The notes under the pieces were generated by a model that was not told where the DNA came from, searched no databases, and saw only the letters and a program-made list of their open reading frames with translations. Positions 52,501 to 62,300 of a stretch of DNA of 64,000 nucleotides are shown one piece after another. This DNA is from Candidatus Hadarchaeota archaeon (GTDB lineage: Archaea > CAYQAE01 > CAYVLA01). The stretch spans positions 32,001 to 96,000 of the forward strand of contig CAZUNO010000007.1 of assembly GCA_964621445.1 (NCBI GenBank). Reading direction: 5' to 3'. Position numbers and translations under genes: made by a program. Positions within the stretch are counted from its first letter, which is position 1, and the number at the start of each line of letters is the position of its first letter.

Positions 52501-55500
52501 GGTGAGTTGCCCCATCCGATGTAATGGCTCAGGGCTTTGGAGCTCCCCGTTATATCGTTTCTCAAAATAAGGTTCTGGGGAGAGTTAACGAAGGTTATTC
52601 CATGATAGTTTTGGGAGATCCAGTTATTGGTAATCGTGCAGTTCTGGGAGCCCCACAGTAGTATTCCGGACGCTGGAGGCATATAGATTCCCTTTTTCGA
52701 TGCCCCGGTGATATTGAAACCATCCAGGGTGATATTGGAATCCGTAAAGTGGACCACGTCATCCGTGTGGGTGGTTCCCTCTATGGTGGTCTCCTCAGGC
52801 CCTGCATGGGAGATGATGGCCAGCTGTTTATCTACCAATAGGTTTTCCTGGTAGCTTCCGGGATCAACGAGGATGGTGTGGCCGTCCGCGGTATCCGGGT
52901 CATCTATGGCCGACTGTATGGTGGGAAATCCCTCGCCAGTTTCCAGATTGTGTATCTTGTGCACGGTTACCGCAAGTTTGTCCGATCTGGGCCCCTCCCC
53001 CAGCAGATTAACCGCGCTCACTTCGTAGTAATAGGTGTGGCCATTGGTCAAGAGGGAATCTGTGTATTGTGTTAGGGAGATTTTGGCCACGGGTACCGGG
53101 TCCAGCTGGTTGGAATCCATTCCGCGGTATATCCTATACTCGGTTACGGGAAGACCGCCGTTATAGGGCGTATCCCAATCCAGCAATACCTTTTCGTATC
53201 CCTCGGTCCCGACGAGACCGGTCACTTTGTCTGGCACCGTGGGGGGTGGAGGGGGCGATTCCACGGTGAAAGCGCGAGATCCAGCCGAAACGGAGTTACC
53301 GGCAGCGTCCTCGGCGAACACCTCGAAGCTGTAGTAGTTTCCAGCCGAAACCGGCACCGTCCAGGTCTTGGTGGTACCCGAGTATTTGGGTGTCTGGTTT
53401 ACTCCATTCCAACCGAGAATCCAATCCTGAATCTCCTTGTCGGATGACGCCATAATGGTCACCGAGTCGGCTGATGAAGAGAGATGTGAGCCGTCCGGTG
53501 GGGTTGGAGACATGTAGGTTAGGTTGGGCGGGGTCATATTCTGTATAGTGAATGATGAGGTCCCTGAGATCGCCGTATTTCCGATGGTGTCGTTTGCTTT
53601 CACGGTGAACGTGTACAGGCCTATATCGCCGTAAGAGTTGTTGAAAAAGTATGAGGAACCCCCAGCAGGGTTCATGGCGAAGGTTCGGGATGTGGAGTTT
53701 GGCGATGTGACATTGACCAGTACGGTATCCACCCCCAGGATGTCGGTCACCTCGCAGATGAGGGCCACGTATCCTCCTGAACTCTGGGCGGATGGATCTG
53801 CGGTCAAGTTCCGGATGTTTGGGGTGGTGGTGTCCTGTATCTGGAAGGAATGCCCAAGGGAGGAGTTCTGGTTTCCGCTCAGGTCAGTGGCCACGATGGC
53901 GTAGCTATAGGAACCCGGGATGCTATATGTCCGGTTGAGATAATACAACGATGCTGGACCTGCATCCATGGAGGAATTCTGGATTCCGAATCCGCCCGGA
54001 CCGGAGACGCTCACGTTTACCTGCCCCAGGGCCTGATCATCGGTTACCAGGCAGGTTATGTTCAGGTATTTCCCGGCCTCCTGTGGATCCACTGATTCCT
54101 GGACCGAGCTAATATGGGGAGCAGTGGTGTCCACCGCTGTGACTATCCACGTCCAGTGCTGGCTTGTTGTGCCATTTTCATTGGATGCCCGGGCGGTGAG
54201 GTTCCAGTTACCTGTATCGGCGGATGTATTCTGGTACGAGGATAAGCTGGTGTTCGCGGTCTGGTGGACCTGGGTACCGTTTAGCAACCAGGTAACGGTT
54301 ACCGGCTGGTCGAGGGTGAGGTTAAAGCTCTGTGGTTGGCCCTCATCGGTCAAAACGGTCGAGGTTCCCGGTTGATAAGAGACTACTTCCGGGGGTTGGT
54401 AGACCAGGAAACTACCCATAGCGGTGGTATTCTGATTGCCGGCCGTGTCGTTTGCGTGAATACGCCAGCCTATGTAGTTGCCCAGATCCTCTGACGTGGG
54501 GGTTAGTGTGAAGTTGCTCCAGGACCCGTTACCGGCCAGGGCCGCCACCTCCCTCACATGCCATGTGGACCCTCCCTCCACGGTGTGATTTGTCTCAATC
54601 CAGGCGTGGGAAAGGTGGATATCCGACCAAAATGCACCCACATTCACCGTTTCCCCGGGCATGACCCTCTGCTTATCCTGTGTCTGTCTGGAATAATCCG
54701 GAGCTTCGATGTCGATGGTAACCAACCTGGTCCCTGTTACCTTGGAGTTGCCTGAGGTGTCGTTGGCGTAAACCCGGTACTCATGGGTTCCCTCTTCTAG
54801 GGCAGCTAGTTGCCTGTACCTCTGCGTCCCCGAACCGTCCATACTTTGGTTCCCGCCATCCCACTCCAGGATAGCGGTGTCCAGCGGCTCATCGGATTGG
54901 ATGGTGATATTGAGCGAGGTCAGGTTGGTTATGGTGCCATTTGAAGGCGTGGGATAGGTGAAAGTGATATCGGGCGGGGTTGTGTCAGGGCTGGAGGATA
55001 GAGGGGCGAAGATGCTGAACGAGGTTATGTTGACGCCCACGACGTTTTCCACCGTATCGAGGACCCGGGTGCCGTTCCACCCCGATTCCACCCATCCCTC
55101 GTCGTATCTCCATATTCTGAGCGTGGTCTCGTTTGCCTGGAGAGGGAGGTCCGAATCCTTATAGGTTATATTGAGAAATGCCCATCCCGGACTGTCCTTC
55201 CAGATATTAAGATAGCTGGAAATGTTCATGTAGCCATCGGGGTCCTGGGGTTTCAGGCTTTCCCCAACTCCGTCCACATTCAGCCAGCCCGACGGGCATT
55301 CGATAGTGGTATCCACTCCGGAAATCAGGTTATGGGCAAGCGTGCCCGAAAATGACCCCACCACCCGCAAATCCCGGGAGTAATATTCTTCGAGGTCCGT
55401 GGTAAGGTTATTTCCCTCCAGTGTCGAGTTTCCAGCGGAATAGAGATAAAGTGCATAACCGGGGTTGGAGGTGATTCCGGATGTGCTGATTTGGTTATCC

Positions 55501-57911
55501 GTGACCGTGGAGTAGGAGTAAAAAACTTGGATTCCGTCGGCCGAGTCTCCAACTACCTGCATTGAGTTCCCGGTGATTATCGTGCCGTCGGAGTGGTAGT
55601 TATATACCCCTATCGGCTGGAAGCCACTGACCGTAATGTCGTTGTTGATGGCAGCGGAACCCGGTGAGTAGCTGAGCAGTATCCCGTTTCTGGTGCTGCC
55701 CTCGGAGCTGCTAACCGTTATATCGTTTTCGACTACCCGGCAACCGGCCGCGTGATCAACTACTGCGCCGTCGGTGCCACTCAGGGTAATCAGATTAAAT
55801 CCCGTCAAATTTGTGTGATCAGCGGTGAGGTTGAAACAGTAATCGTATCCCGTGGAGTTGAGGGTCACGGACCCGTTTACCAGGAGGGATAGACGCTTGT
55901 CCACGAGCACGCTTTCGGAGTATTCCCCCTGTTGAACGTAGATGCTGCAGTCATCCACCGAGTTGGTGACCGCGGCCTGGATCGGGGAAAGCGGATTCTC
56001 GTGGAAAGCACCGCCCTCGAACCACCATCCGGAGGTATTGACGTACATGGTGTCCGAGACGAGGTCCGAGGTGAGCGCGGTGGAGTTGACCCAGGTTTCG
56101 TTTACATTTCCTATACTATCCTCGGTTTGGGTCGAAAGGGTGTAAGGGGTGGATGGGTCCAGCTCCGTGAGGTTATAGAACTCATTTCCCGTCGATGTAA
56201 TATAATCCCCGTCAAGGTATATCCTGGTGCCAGCGAAATCCTCATCAGTGGGATTATCCCACGTCCAGTTCACCCAGGTTAGGCCTGAGATGTATTCAAG
56301 CCCGGTGATCGAGTTGGGTGGAGTCGCGTCGACCCAGAACCCCACCTCCTGGGACACCAGGTTACCTTGGCTGTCGTTTGCATAGACGAAAAGGGAATGA
56401 GCTCCGTCCTCCACGAGTATTATGGTGTCCGGGGTAAAGGTGGTATTGGAACCAGAATCCAGGTTGTACCACCAGGTGTCTATGGGTTCATCGGCGGATA
56501 CGCTGAGTTCGATATCGTTGCTGTCGTATATCTCCTCCCAGAGCGGGGAGTAGATGGTTATGCTCGGGGAGGTGGTGTCAATGATGGTGAAGGAGTGGGA
56601 TGCGCTGGTGTTTAGGTTGCCTGATGAGTCGGTTGCCAGGATGAGGAATGAATAATTACCTACCCTGGGATATACATCAGTATTCTGGTAGAGAGTTCCC
56701 TCGACTGGATTCAGGGTCCGGTTAACGGAAGTGCCGTTGGGATAGGTTACGTTGGCCCATACGTTTTCGACGCCCGAGTAGCCATCGGTAACGTTGCAGG
56801 ATATATGCAGCTCTTGTCCTTTCTCCTGGGTTTCGGGATCGACCACCACTCCCCAGATGTTTGGCGGGGTGTTGTCCTCGACCTCGGTCTGTATGGTATA
56901 GGAGTCCTTGCCCGCGAATAGCGGATAGTAGTCGTCATTTGCCGTTTCGTCGATGTAGTAGATGTTGTCGCATACCCCGTCGCCGTCACTGTCGGTCCCC
57001 TCGTGATCGCTCCAATAGTTGCCCAGGTACCCCGAGTAAGAGCTGCCATTGTAGACGTAGTTTAGCTGGACTATGGAGTTCCAATCATTTGGTGAGCTGG
57101 AGCCCCCCTCCGTATTGGCATTCATTGTGTTATCGAAGGTGTTGAGATAGATGAGGTTCCCCGAGGGATATATGCTGCCCGAAACATATAGTGAGATCCC
57201 TCTGACATTATCGCGGATCGTGTTGTTGTACACCGTATTGTTGCGACAGCTTCCGAATTCGATCCCTAGATAATCGCTATTGGTAATCGTGTTTCCTTGG
57301 AAGCGGTTGAGGTCGGAGTAGAAGGCCTCTATTCCATCCTCCCCGTTGTATTCTATGCGGCTGTTTAGGACGGTTACATGGTCTGTATCCCTTAGATAGA
57401 ATCCGCAATTCGTGTTGTTGTATGTGTGAATCCCCTCCATCCGTCCCTCCGAGACCTCCCGGAGATATACACCTATGTAGTTACCGAAGGTATTGCAGTT
57501 CTCGACGGTCAGGTTATTCACGTTATACCCCTTGACGCCATAGGTGCCGTTGGTTAGGGAAAAGCCAATTATGGAGACGCCGTCATCCAGGACCTCGAAG
57601 CAATCTAGATTTTCTTCTCCCCCGCTAACGGATCTTATGGTCGTGAATTCGGGTCCATTCTCGGACTCTATTATCAACCCTTTATCTACCGTTATCCCCT
57701 CGTCATAGAAGCCGCTGGCGACCAGTACCAGGTCTCCACCGGTGGCGTTGTCAACCGCGTGCTGTATGGGAGTTTCGCTGGGGTGAAATGCACCACCTTC
57801 AATATACCAGCCCGTGGTGTTGACGTGAAGTGTGGACCCCCAGACAGGGGCGGTGGTTAGAAGGATAACTGCAAGCCAAAAAAAGCAAAATAGCCTATAA
57901 GCCTTACTCAT
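43515..57911 (-). CDS. Giant (~4800 aa) cell-surface protein with NosD/parallel beta-helix repeats, Ig-like and FN3 domains and C-terminal anchor
   Basis: Signal peptide from ATG 57911; repeated IQ.AID and GNYWSDY.G.D.DGD modules; DTTPP Ig repeats; FN3 (YYYEVSAVN..GEG); terminal transmembrane helix with KR. Confidence 0.88.
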   Translation of the reverse strand: MSKAYRLFCFFWLAVILLTTAPVWGSTLHVNTTGWYIEGGAFHPSETPIQHAVDNATGGDLVLVASGFYDEGITVDKGLIIESENGPEFTTIRSVSGGEENLDCFEVLDDGVSIIGFSLTNGTYGVKGYNVNNLTVENCNTFGNYIGVYLREVSEGRMEGIHTYNNTNCGFYLRDTDHVTVLNSRIEYNGEDGIEAFYSDLNRFQGNTITNSDYLGIEFGSCRNNTVYNNTIRDNVRGISLYVSGSIYPSGNLIYLNTFDNTMNANTEGGSSSPNDWNSIVQLNYVYNGSSYSGYLGNYWSDHEGTDSDGDGVCDNIYYIDETANDDYYPLFAGKDSYTIQTEVEDNTPPNIWGVVVDPETQEKGQELHISCNVTDGYSGVENVWANVTYPNGTSVNRTLNPVEGTLYQNTDVYPRVGNYSFLILATDSSGNLNTSASHSFTIIDTTSPSITIYSPLWEEIYDSNDIELSVSADEPIDTWWYNLDSGSNTTFTPDTIILVEDGAHSLFVYANDSQGNLVSQEVGFWVDATPPNSITGLEYISGLTWVNWTWDNPTDEDFAGTRIYLDGDYITSTGNEFYNLTELDPSTPYTLSTQTEDSIGNVNETWVNSTALTSDLVSDTMYVNTSGWWFEGGAFHENPLSPIQAAVTNSVDDCSIYVQQGEYSESVLVDKRLSLLVNGSVTLNSTGYDYCFNLTADHTNLTGFNLITLSGTDGAVVDHAAGCRVVENDITVSSSEGSTRNGILLSYSPGSAAINNDITVSGFQPIGVYNYHSDGTIITGNSMQVVGDSADGIQVFYSYSTVTDNQISTSGITSNPGYALYLYSAGNSTLEGNNLTTDLEEYYSRDLRVVGSFSGTLAHNLISGVDTTIECPSGWLNVDGVGESLKPQDPDGYMNISSYLNIWKDSPGWAFLNITYKDSDLPLQANETTLRIWRYDEGWVESGWNGTRVLDTVENVVGVNITSFSIFAPLSSSPDTTPPDITFTYPTPSNGTITNLTSLNITIQSDEPLDTAILEWDGGNQSMDGSGTQRYRQLAALEEGTHEYRVYANDTSGNSKVTGTRLVTIDIEAPDYSRQTQDKQRVMPGETVNVGAFWSDIHLSHAWIETNHTVEGGSTWHVREVAALAGNGSWSNFTLTPTSEDLGNYIGWRIHANDTAGNQNTTAMGSFLVYQPPEVVSYQPGTSTVLTDEGQPQSFNLTLDQPVTVTWLLNGTQVHQTANTSLSSYQNTSADTGNWNLTARASNENGTTSQHWTWIVTAVDTTAPHISSVQESVDPQEAGKYLNITCLVTDDQALGQVNVSVSGPGGFGIQNSSMDAGPASLYYLNRTYSIPGSYSYAIVATDLSGNQNSSLGHSFQIQDTTTPNIRNLTADPSAQSSGGYVALICEVTDILGVDTVLVNVTSPNSTSRTFAMNPAGGSSYFFNNSYGDIGLYTFTVKANDTIGNTAISGTSSFTIQNMTPPNLTYMSPTPPDGSHLSSSADSVTIMASSDKEIQDWILGWNGVNQTPKYSGTTKTWTVPVSAGNYYSFEVFAEDAAGNSVSAGSRAFTVESPPPPPTVPDKVTGLVGTEGYEKVLLDWDTPYNGGLPVTEYRIYRGMDSNQLDPVPVAKISLTQYTDSLLTNGHTYYYEVSAVNLLGEGPRSDKLAVTVHKIHNLETGEGFPTIQSAIDDPDTADGHTILVDPGSYQENLLVDKQLAIISHAGPEETTIEGTTHTDDVVHFTDSNITLDGFNITGASKKGIYMPPASGILLWGSQNCTITNNWISQNYHGITFVNSPQNLILRNDITGSSKALSHYIGWGNSPANHIHENTMTQNTVGLDILYASGWTISSNNISQNSEAIHLPYSSGNLIYDNYFDNDVECSFGFDSPGANHWNTTKTQGSNIVGGEYLGGNFWADYQGLDLDFDGLGDTGVPYWPGDHLPLVRYPVHNLDTDDRYLSIQEAIDDPSTRDGHTLALSPVTYEENLEVHKSLSIRPSSSRPQIIPPSTGQPGLRLNAPDIFLQGLVIHPASKKGGTGVVTGPLGTKILDCNISGYATGIEIIPEAMKAPVEILNSTLQDNGLGVSVTDSDLPHLISGNSILDCNKGIQALRSTALSIDQNELIDCGNGLLLEFGQGNLISNNFITGSKVGFELHAAQSNFLQGNNLTDNELGIKLVESKDNLIFNNYLDNLVNAQEAGENTWFRPKEPGINIMGGSFIGGNYWSDYQGEDIDGDTLGDDPHEIGKNADMHPLMRCPVLNANTSLRYTSIHHAVENPMTLNGHLILVDPGKYREDLIIEKSISIQASPDCSLGEVLVEARHQQFPVFHVMAPGVEISGLLIRGATAEGTAAIYLEGVTDCLITGNRIRDNREGIRLMESKSEIHGNHIVDNRLGLRVINSDDNLIYDNILSNVKNVQGNGNSNHWAVPDTAPYHGTNIIGGPKKGGNYWNDYTGIDLNGDWRGDAPQFYNIPGDAWDDSKPLLSPRTDPIHIQGNDDFSFANGVLYGTGKPYDPYGIEGHRIDTRWPNTETHAIWLENTDAHVTIRGCNISGSPQYSSILLDHVENANIEHCYSHSLVGRYYIHLESANGNQVSHCKIDADNSPWCQAAVYLNASNANSISGNRVLNCDQSGIELQSSHDNTIGENDLAGNVNGLKLVSSNNNRITGNNAYLSNQYGICLYSSSQNVLATNNASFNSGQASSAGIYLHSSSQNSLKSNLVTKNDFTRIMLVGNTWTYEHGARGIELQNSQMNELFNNTATFNGGVGISLGQGSHSNGLLNNTVVSNPSTGMRIKNSDENHITYNLFSCPDEQPQENALVLDSSVGNQVYTNYFRNNGFGIRLTNSQSNLFYNNYLDNYWYDGYTYNVFGDISSNEWNITKTPGRNIIGGPWMAGNYWSDYTGADLDGDKLGDTPFHGDAHPLLDIQTIHIIGDDDFTPEKKVMAGSGTASDPYLIENLDIDASTSHGIWIENTTAHFTIRDCSISRGRDNLCYGVYLDNVENGKLENMNIDDNHVGLAIDDSKEIKVMEGNIAGNHMGIRCDFSSSIQLLNNTISENQENIQITNCSTMEIFENQVELSPGRGLLLADCGSCTVSNNTFQDNHMGLSQSSCPQTNITGNFLDDNYHGLHLIDSPQTLVESNNVYDNVEGMKIENSPECLVTQNNFSANELGGLFIGSSNTILRDNRISENQNGIKFTSCDHVSITGNYLASNRFLDFISYFWTWHTAGTGLWISQCQNATIFNNTMVDNGRAGLLLEDSQFQARGNQFRSNHGSVEILDSHGDFENNVISSSSAKGVFIDCPGLTGEEEIHIRRNTIYDGGSYGIKLMSFGDNHDISQNRLYENNISVMFESPTPGYLSHNAIYGNRGRDIAVYSDSSSEYVTLESIYSGRERLNTTGNLQMTDSSLAQNDTLDWGSPMLSAMIHKVESTQYGVNRNIGDLVTVHVKANSSRPLVHERLFMVDRRMNGNYEIYNSTMSTSHVDKAIAASVWALNDSVYDLLYEVENDIGQHALGYVQVNVKHVDLKIINVTSTFAERIYSWRRIRKPNGPEISYSQVYPESERGSILGIRVKNNGTKSGFGRIEVDLPSYLEQVTRDPVRIVHLDQGEEANYTFHIILTEFDLSTGWKPQDPSVFPDDKKLPIEVRVQNYPSYTLAESLNSSIEFRLGPIFKMVPGSHDVFILEKITSDPNRPYDGDGDNVLEAAESYHYNLDFINIGDEPADIERFLYSQKIFCNSLQYRPRDDQDYQQDYISHGKTLTPMSDLSAFGTDRFPNSYDEFPLYFEPQIWNESGYRIFGELYPQDSDQVPETSTPRGTYLTKSIDAILSEWWLDNSYNIPPVNYSGDVQASLLLTYNIPGDSRPYRYYARTINTDSFEVEALNKTFSPSQATLKEGDVKVKVRSVDIEEGSVQLRVENLNGDVFFEYRLDSYYDSSPEGYKWYHTIPPEYGFNAFCENALKPNVTIPQMTVEFGVKWSLWANELKLGMMALEAVVNIILAETTGGAVSVPFSDTVMAMTETLLQVMNAYESMEQGVPPVVTINGITIDGQDLADSGLDRQYFQDLGSGDVGPSTIDTFINAVWEIDGLKEAFGREVMKAMAGSMGMTGIYNKMMEPGPEAEQAFSDFSDDLLDYLEQEDKLTSTQAKQAGAVIEAAQTFIDMGKWTFNNIAASGYDETIINIIDPPGTFTTEFERRDTNLFGGLYGSSQGGSGSIDLNILDNDLVEISGDYRVPAEDLQIPLEGVKEMTTRLSGQRHGQVMEGNVSMVITPQPSHMLQAASALRKPGAGRQMVSGYFLGIDHLEVEPLGSTIEIWASGKLNANPDDVRTVAEISIKDGFLTSHVEKSGWYLDLVDGERKLDIEFAPRFGVALGNTELELRDEDEIKSLSSTPERLQGSVTKILNHPPIIIALQPSNHTLDTAENVALSARVQDQDEEPVDVKFFDSFDDSVIDSVAGVLPGDGATVKWSGLENGATYTFYVVVDDGKSTSRVGDVSFTTRENSAPSSPSMSAPQKITVKESITMSLSSADANDDKVRYGIDTDNDHEVDLWTDFSEPDKATTISHTWVDEGTYALRSMAEDDQGARSEWSQVMEITVEPAPNQAPRVHFSHPPEGTEIQGTIRLRGKSEDTDGSITEVQIRIDSRDWISVSGKEDWDYTLNTTMMENGEHHIQARSSDGSEYSNLTSLNLIVFNNHPPRVHVDSPKDGEIIEGDTTISGTCDDRDGRDTIQIIEIRIDGGDWVPAQGTANWSYDFSADQKEGEHQILVRAYDGHEYSELQSVTLKVDGESGFGSVFLAMAVVIAVGVLLIIIKRFGLRS

Positions 57912-58082
57912 GGTTTTACTTCCTGAATAATAGAGGTGGTAATTTTCGGATTTGGCCTGGCTAATAAAGGTAACCCGCGGAAATTGGGGCGGGGTTTTCA
58001 AGTGTTTAATGGGTAGGGTCAAGGAATAGAGTTAAGAAAAACCTGGACAGGGGAGCTGTGCACCGAATATGTTTCATTCGGA

Positions 58083-58715
58083 ATGATGAGGACTGAGAGA
58101 AAAATGCACGTACTTTTTATCAGGCATGGCGAAGCGGGAGCCGAGCAGGCGTGCCCGGAGGAGGGCACACTAACCGAACTCGGGGTCAAGCAGGCCCGGC
58201 TGGCCGGTAAAGCGCTGGTCGGACAGGGCATAGAACGCCTTTTTTCCAGCCCCTATCCCAGGGCGATGCAGACGGCTTTGAATATATCCAGAGAGACCGG
58301 CCTGAAGGTTGAAATAAGGCACATCATCCACGAGAAGTCCGGGCCGGGTGACAGAGCAAGCAAGAGCGACATCGCAGGAAAGTTCCCCGACTTCACCATA
58401 CCCGAGGAAATGCCCGAGATGTGGTGGCCGGGTCGAAAGGAAGGCTGGGATGACGTCTACGAGCGGGTTAAGCCCTTTGTAGCCGAGTTGCAGTCACTTG
58501 AGAACAAGCACGAGAGGATAGCCGTAGTGGCCCATGGAGGTTCCATCGATGCCCTGGTTTCTGTCTGGGTTGACTGCCCTCCCTCCCTGGAAAGATCCAG
58601 ATTCTATCACCACAACTGCTGCTTCACCTTGGTCTCCTATGAGGAGGGAAGAGGTAGGGTCCACTACGTGAACCAGGTCGATCACCTCGGTGACAGGGAG
58701 CTTTTCTTTTACTGA
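58083..58715 (+). CDS. Histidine phosphatase (phosphoglycerate mutase) family protein
   Basis: IRHGE, SSPYPRAMQTA, VAHGG. Confidence 0.92.
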   Translation: MMRTERKMHVLFIRHGEAGAEQACPEEGTLTELGVKQARLAGKALVGQGIERLFSSPYPRAMQTALNISRETGLKVEIRHIIHEKSGPGDRASKSDIAGKFPDFTIPEEMPEMWWPGRKEGWDDVYERVKPFVAELQSLENKHERIAVVAHGGSIDALVSVWVDCPPSLERSRFYHHNCCFTLVSYEEGRGRVHYVNQVDHLGDRELFFY

Positions 58716-58739
58716 AGATTGCGAAGTGGGATCCGTCTT

Positions 58740-59300
58740 CTAGGCGTAGAGGACATGCAACAGTAGGGTCCTTATAGCGATAGCGATTAGTATTAATCCT
58801 CCTGCAAACTCGGCAAGTGCTTCCATCATCTTGCCCAGACTTTTCCCGATGTGAAGACCCAGGAAAGACAGCGAAAAGGTCACTAAACCTATGAGTACTA
58901 TGGTCAGAGGAATTGAGATTTTCATAAAGGGGAAGGTGACACCGGCGGTTAGAGCATCTATGCTGGTGGCTATGGACAATAAAATTAGGGTCCCTGGACT
59001 TAGGGGATTGAATGCCAATATATCATTTCTCGTGGATTCTGCTATCATCTTGCTGCCGATAAGTGAAAGCAATATGAAAGCTATCCAATGATCCAGTCCT
59101 TCGGTTATGTAGCCTAGGCCAATCCCACCGAGCCAACCTACAATTGGCATAACTGCCTGAAAGCCCGCCAGGCTGGAGGCAATTAGCAGATTTTTGCCTG
59201 GACGGAGATGACCCGCGGAAATTCCACTGGCTATTGAAACCGCGAAGGCGTCCATTGCCAGGCCAAATGCGATAATGGTTGATGTTAGAGCACTCAACAA
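58740..59300 (-). CDS. mntP: Manganese efflux pump MntP family
   Basis: LAMDAFAVS, FQAVMP, DHWIAF, ATSIDAL. Confidence 0.9.
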   Translation of the reverse strand: MLSALTSTIIAFGLAMDAFAVSIASGISAGHLRPGKNLLIASSLAGFQAVMPIVGWLGGIGLGYITEGLDHWIAFILLSLIGSKMIAESTRNDILAFNPLSPGTLILLSIATSIDALTAGVTFPFMKISIPLTIVLIGLVTFSLSFLGLHIGKSLGKMMEALAEFAGGLILIAIAIRTLLLHVLYA

Positions 59301-59371
59301 TAAGGACCTTCAATAACGCCGATGAAAGTATTCCTGTTTATTGTATCCTCAAGACAGGGAGGTTGGTGGAG

Positions 59372-62300
59372 TTATTCCGCGGCCTTCAGTCCTTCCTTTC
59401 CTGGCATTTGAGCCAATTCACCTTTCTGGAGCGGGAGCCTGACTTTGAATGTAGTGCCCTCCCCCACCTCACTGGTGACCTCGATACTGCCGCCGTGGGC
59501 CTCAACATGTTGCTTGCATACTGCCAGTCCGAAGCCCTGGCCATCCTTTTTTGTGGTGAATAGAGGTTCAAATAACTTCTCCATCTCCTTTTCGGGGATG
59601 CCTTTCCCCGTGTCTTTCACCGAAATTGTCGCTTCATCACCATCCCTGGACAGGGTAATGGTGAGATTTCCGCCCTGGGGCATTGCCTGAATGGCATTGG
59701 TTATGAGGTTGTTTAAAACCCTCCTCATCGATTCCGGATCAAGATTCACATGGGATAAAGGGTCTTGCGAAAGAAATTCCGGCTGGATGTTATCGGGGAA
59801 CTCGGTCTCGGAAATCACTTCATTAACCAGCTTGCATAGGTCGGTTTTAACGGGCTCGATTTCAATGTCCTTGTTGAACTCCCTGATACCGGAGATCAGG
59901 GAATCCATATGCTCGACCTGTTCCTTGATCTTTTCCAGGTGTACCATGGCCTCGTTCCCTAAACTCTGGGAATCTTCATCCTTCAGGGCCTTACGGGCAA
60001 GGAATATGGAGTTGGTCATCACCTGGAGTGGGCTTCTCAAGTCATGAGCCACCATGCCAGCGGTTTGTCCGATGGCTGCCATTCTCTCCTTCTTTACCAG
60101 CTCTTCATGAGCTTCCTCCAGATCCCGGGTTCTCTCCTTGACTAGCTCCTCAAGGCGTTCCGAGTATTCCCTTAACTTCTCTTCTGCATGTTTTCGCTGG
60201 GTAATATCCCGGAATATGCCCCGTGTAGAGACCATTTCCCTCCCTTCCAGCTGTACATTGATGTTGCCCTCGACGATTATTTCCTTGCCGCTTTTTGACA
60301 CGAACACGGTTTCCACATTGTCAATCGTTTCCCCGTTCCTGAGCCTTGCGAAAACCTCCATGCAATGTGGTATCTGGTCCTCTCGGAGGATATCAGTGAA
60401 GTTCATTTTCTTGGCCTCCTCCTCTGAATATCCGAGAGCCCTTTCCCATTTGCTATTTACGTAGATAAATTGGCTTTCCGAATTCACGGCTTGTATGAGG
60501 TCATTTGCGTTTTCGAAAAGATCTCTATACCTCTTCTCGCTTTCTCGGAGTTTTTCCTCCATTCTCTTTCTCTTTGTGATATCCTCAACTATCCCCCCGT
60601 ATCTGATTATGCTACCTTGATCATCTCGTCTAATGACCGTCTTGTCCTCCACCCATTTGACCTGTCCTGATTTGGTCACTATTCTGTAAGGTGAATGAAC
60701 GAAGTTCGATTCGCCCTTCTCGCTATGCTCCGTGACCTCGCTTTTAACCAGGGACCTATCATCTTGGTGGACCACTTCGGAATAGGGCACCCTGCCGCTG
60801 GTAATTTCCCCCGCCGTGTAGCCAAGTAGGTCCTTTACATTACTGGAAACGTATTCCACTGGCCATCCCTCCTGGTTGCGCCAGATAAAGGCCACGGCTG
60901 GGCTTCGATTTATGATGTCATGGGCCCTTTGCAGATGTTTTTCGAATTCTTTTCTCTTTGTTATGTCTCGTGCTATAGCTGAGGCGCCAACTATCTCTCC
61001 CGCTTGTTCTATGGGTGAGACGGTAAGGTTGATGTCGATTTCCTCTCCATTCTTCCTGATTCTCTTGGTTTCGAGATTGCCAACCTTATTTCCGCTTCTA
61101 ATCTCCCCGAATATCTCTTGAAGCTCGTTTTCACGTTCCTTGGGGACTATTATGGAGATGTTTTTCCCGATAGTCTCTTCCTGGCTGTAGCCAAATACCT
61201 TCTCAGCTCCCCTATTCCAGTCCGTTATGGTTCCATCCAAAGTTTTTCCTATTATAGCGTCCTCCGATGACTCCACTATGGCGGCCAGTCTGGAGACCTT
61301 CTTGAGCATTTCCTTTCTCTCTGAAATATCCCGGCAGCTCCCATATACAAGTCCGTTTGGCAGGACCGTGGCGTTTAGCGTGGTTGGGACGGTTGAACCG
61401 TCCTTTCTGACCAGTTTGACTTCGGTGAACAGATCTTCTCCGTTTAGGAGAGCCTGGAAATTCTCCACGTTTTTCTCGATTTCCCCTCGAACTGAGATAT
61501 CGGCAATGTTCATCTTTGTTAATTCATCAACCGAGTATCCTAACAGGTCACATGCCGCCTGGTTGACATATTGGTAGTTTCCCTCCTTGTCGGTGATGAA
61601 TATGGCGTCTGGTGAGTTCTCCATTATGGTCCTTAGCTTCCGTTCGCTTTCCTTGATCCTATCCTGTGCCTTCTTTTGCTCAGTTATATCCTGGAGGACA
61701 CCGTCGTAATATCCCTTTCCTTCCTGGCTCACTCGCACAACTGTGACCGATCCCCAGAATTCCCTTCCCTTTAGGGTTCTCAACCTAAGTTCCTGGTTCC
61801 TGGCGATCCCTCCATTTTGTAATTTTTCCCTCAACCTATCGCGTCTATCAGGTTCGGCATAAAGATCGCGGATGCTAACCGAAAGAAGATCTTCCTTCGA
61901 GTCAGCTTCGAAGATGTCAACCATGGCCGAATTGACTTCGGTGAAGTGGCCGTTCCTGTCTGGGGTGCTGCGATAAACCCCGGCTTGGAGATTGTCCACG
62001 AGGTCCAAATATCGTTGCTGGGTCTCAGCAAGCTCCAGAGCCATCGATATGTGCCTCGCCAGGTTCCTTACAGGGGGAATGAAATAATCTGCCATCTCCG
62101 TCGATGATACGGAAAGTACTCCAATGGTCTCCTTTCCAGATTTTAGGGGTGTGAGTATGGAAGTCTTGCTTGGAACCGCCCTGGATACCACTCTAACTAC
62201 GGGTCCAGGAATGTCGAGGGCTCTCATGAAGGCCTCGGTAGAAGTGGTCATCGTCTTCCCGCTGGAGATTACCTCCTGAAGAGGAGTTGAATGCAGGTCG

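Noticed and set aside
1201-60462. Scattered TACGTA hexamers inside coding regions (for example 1201, ~4912, ~20506, ~29915, ~60458)
   Set aside because: They are intragenic, mostly lack the AT-rich flanks, and have no partner 19 bp away.
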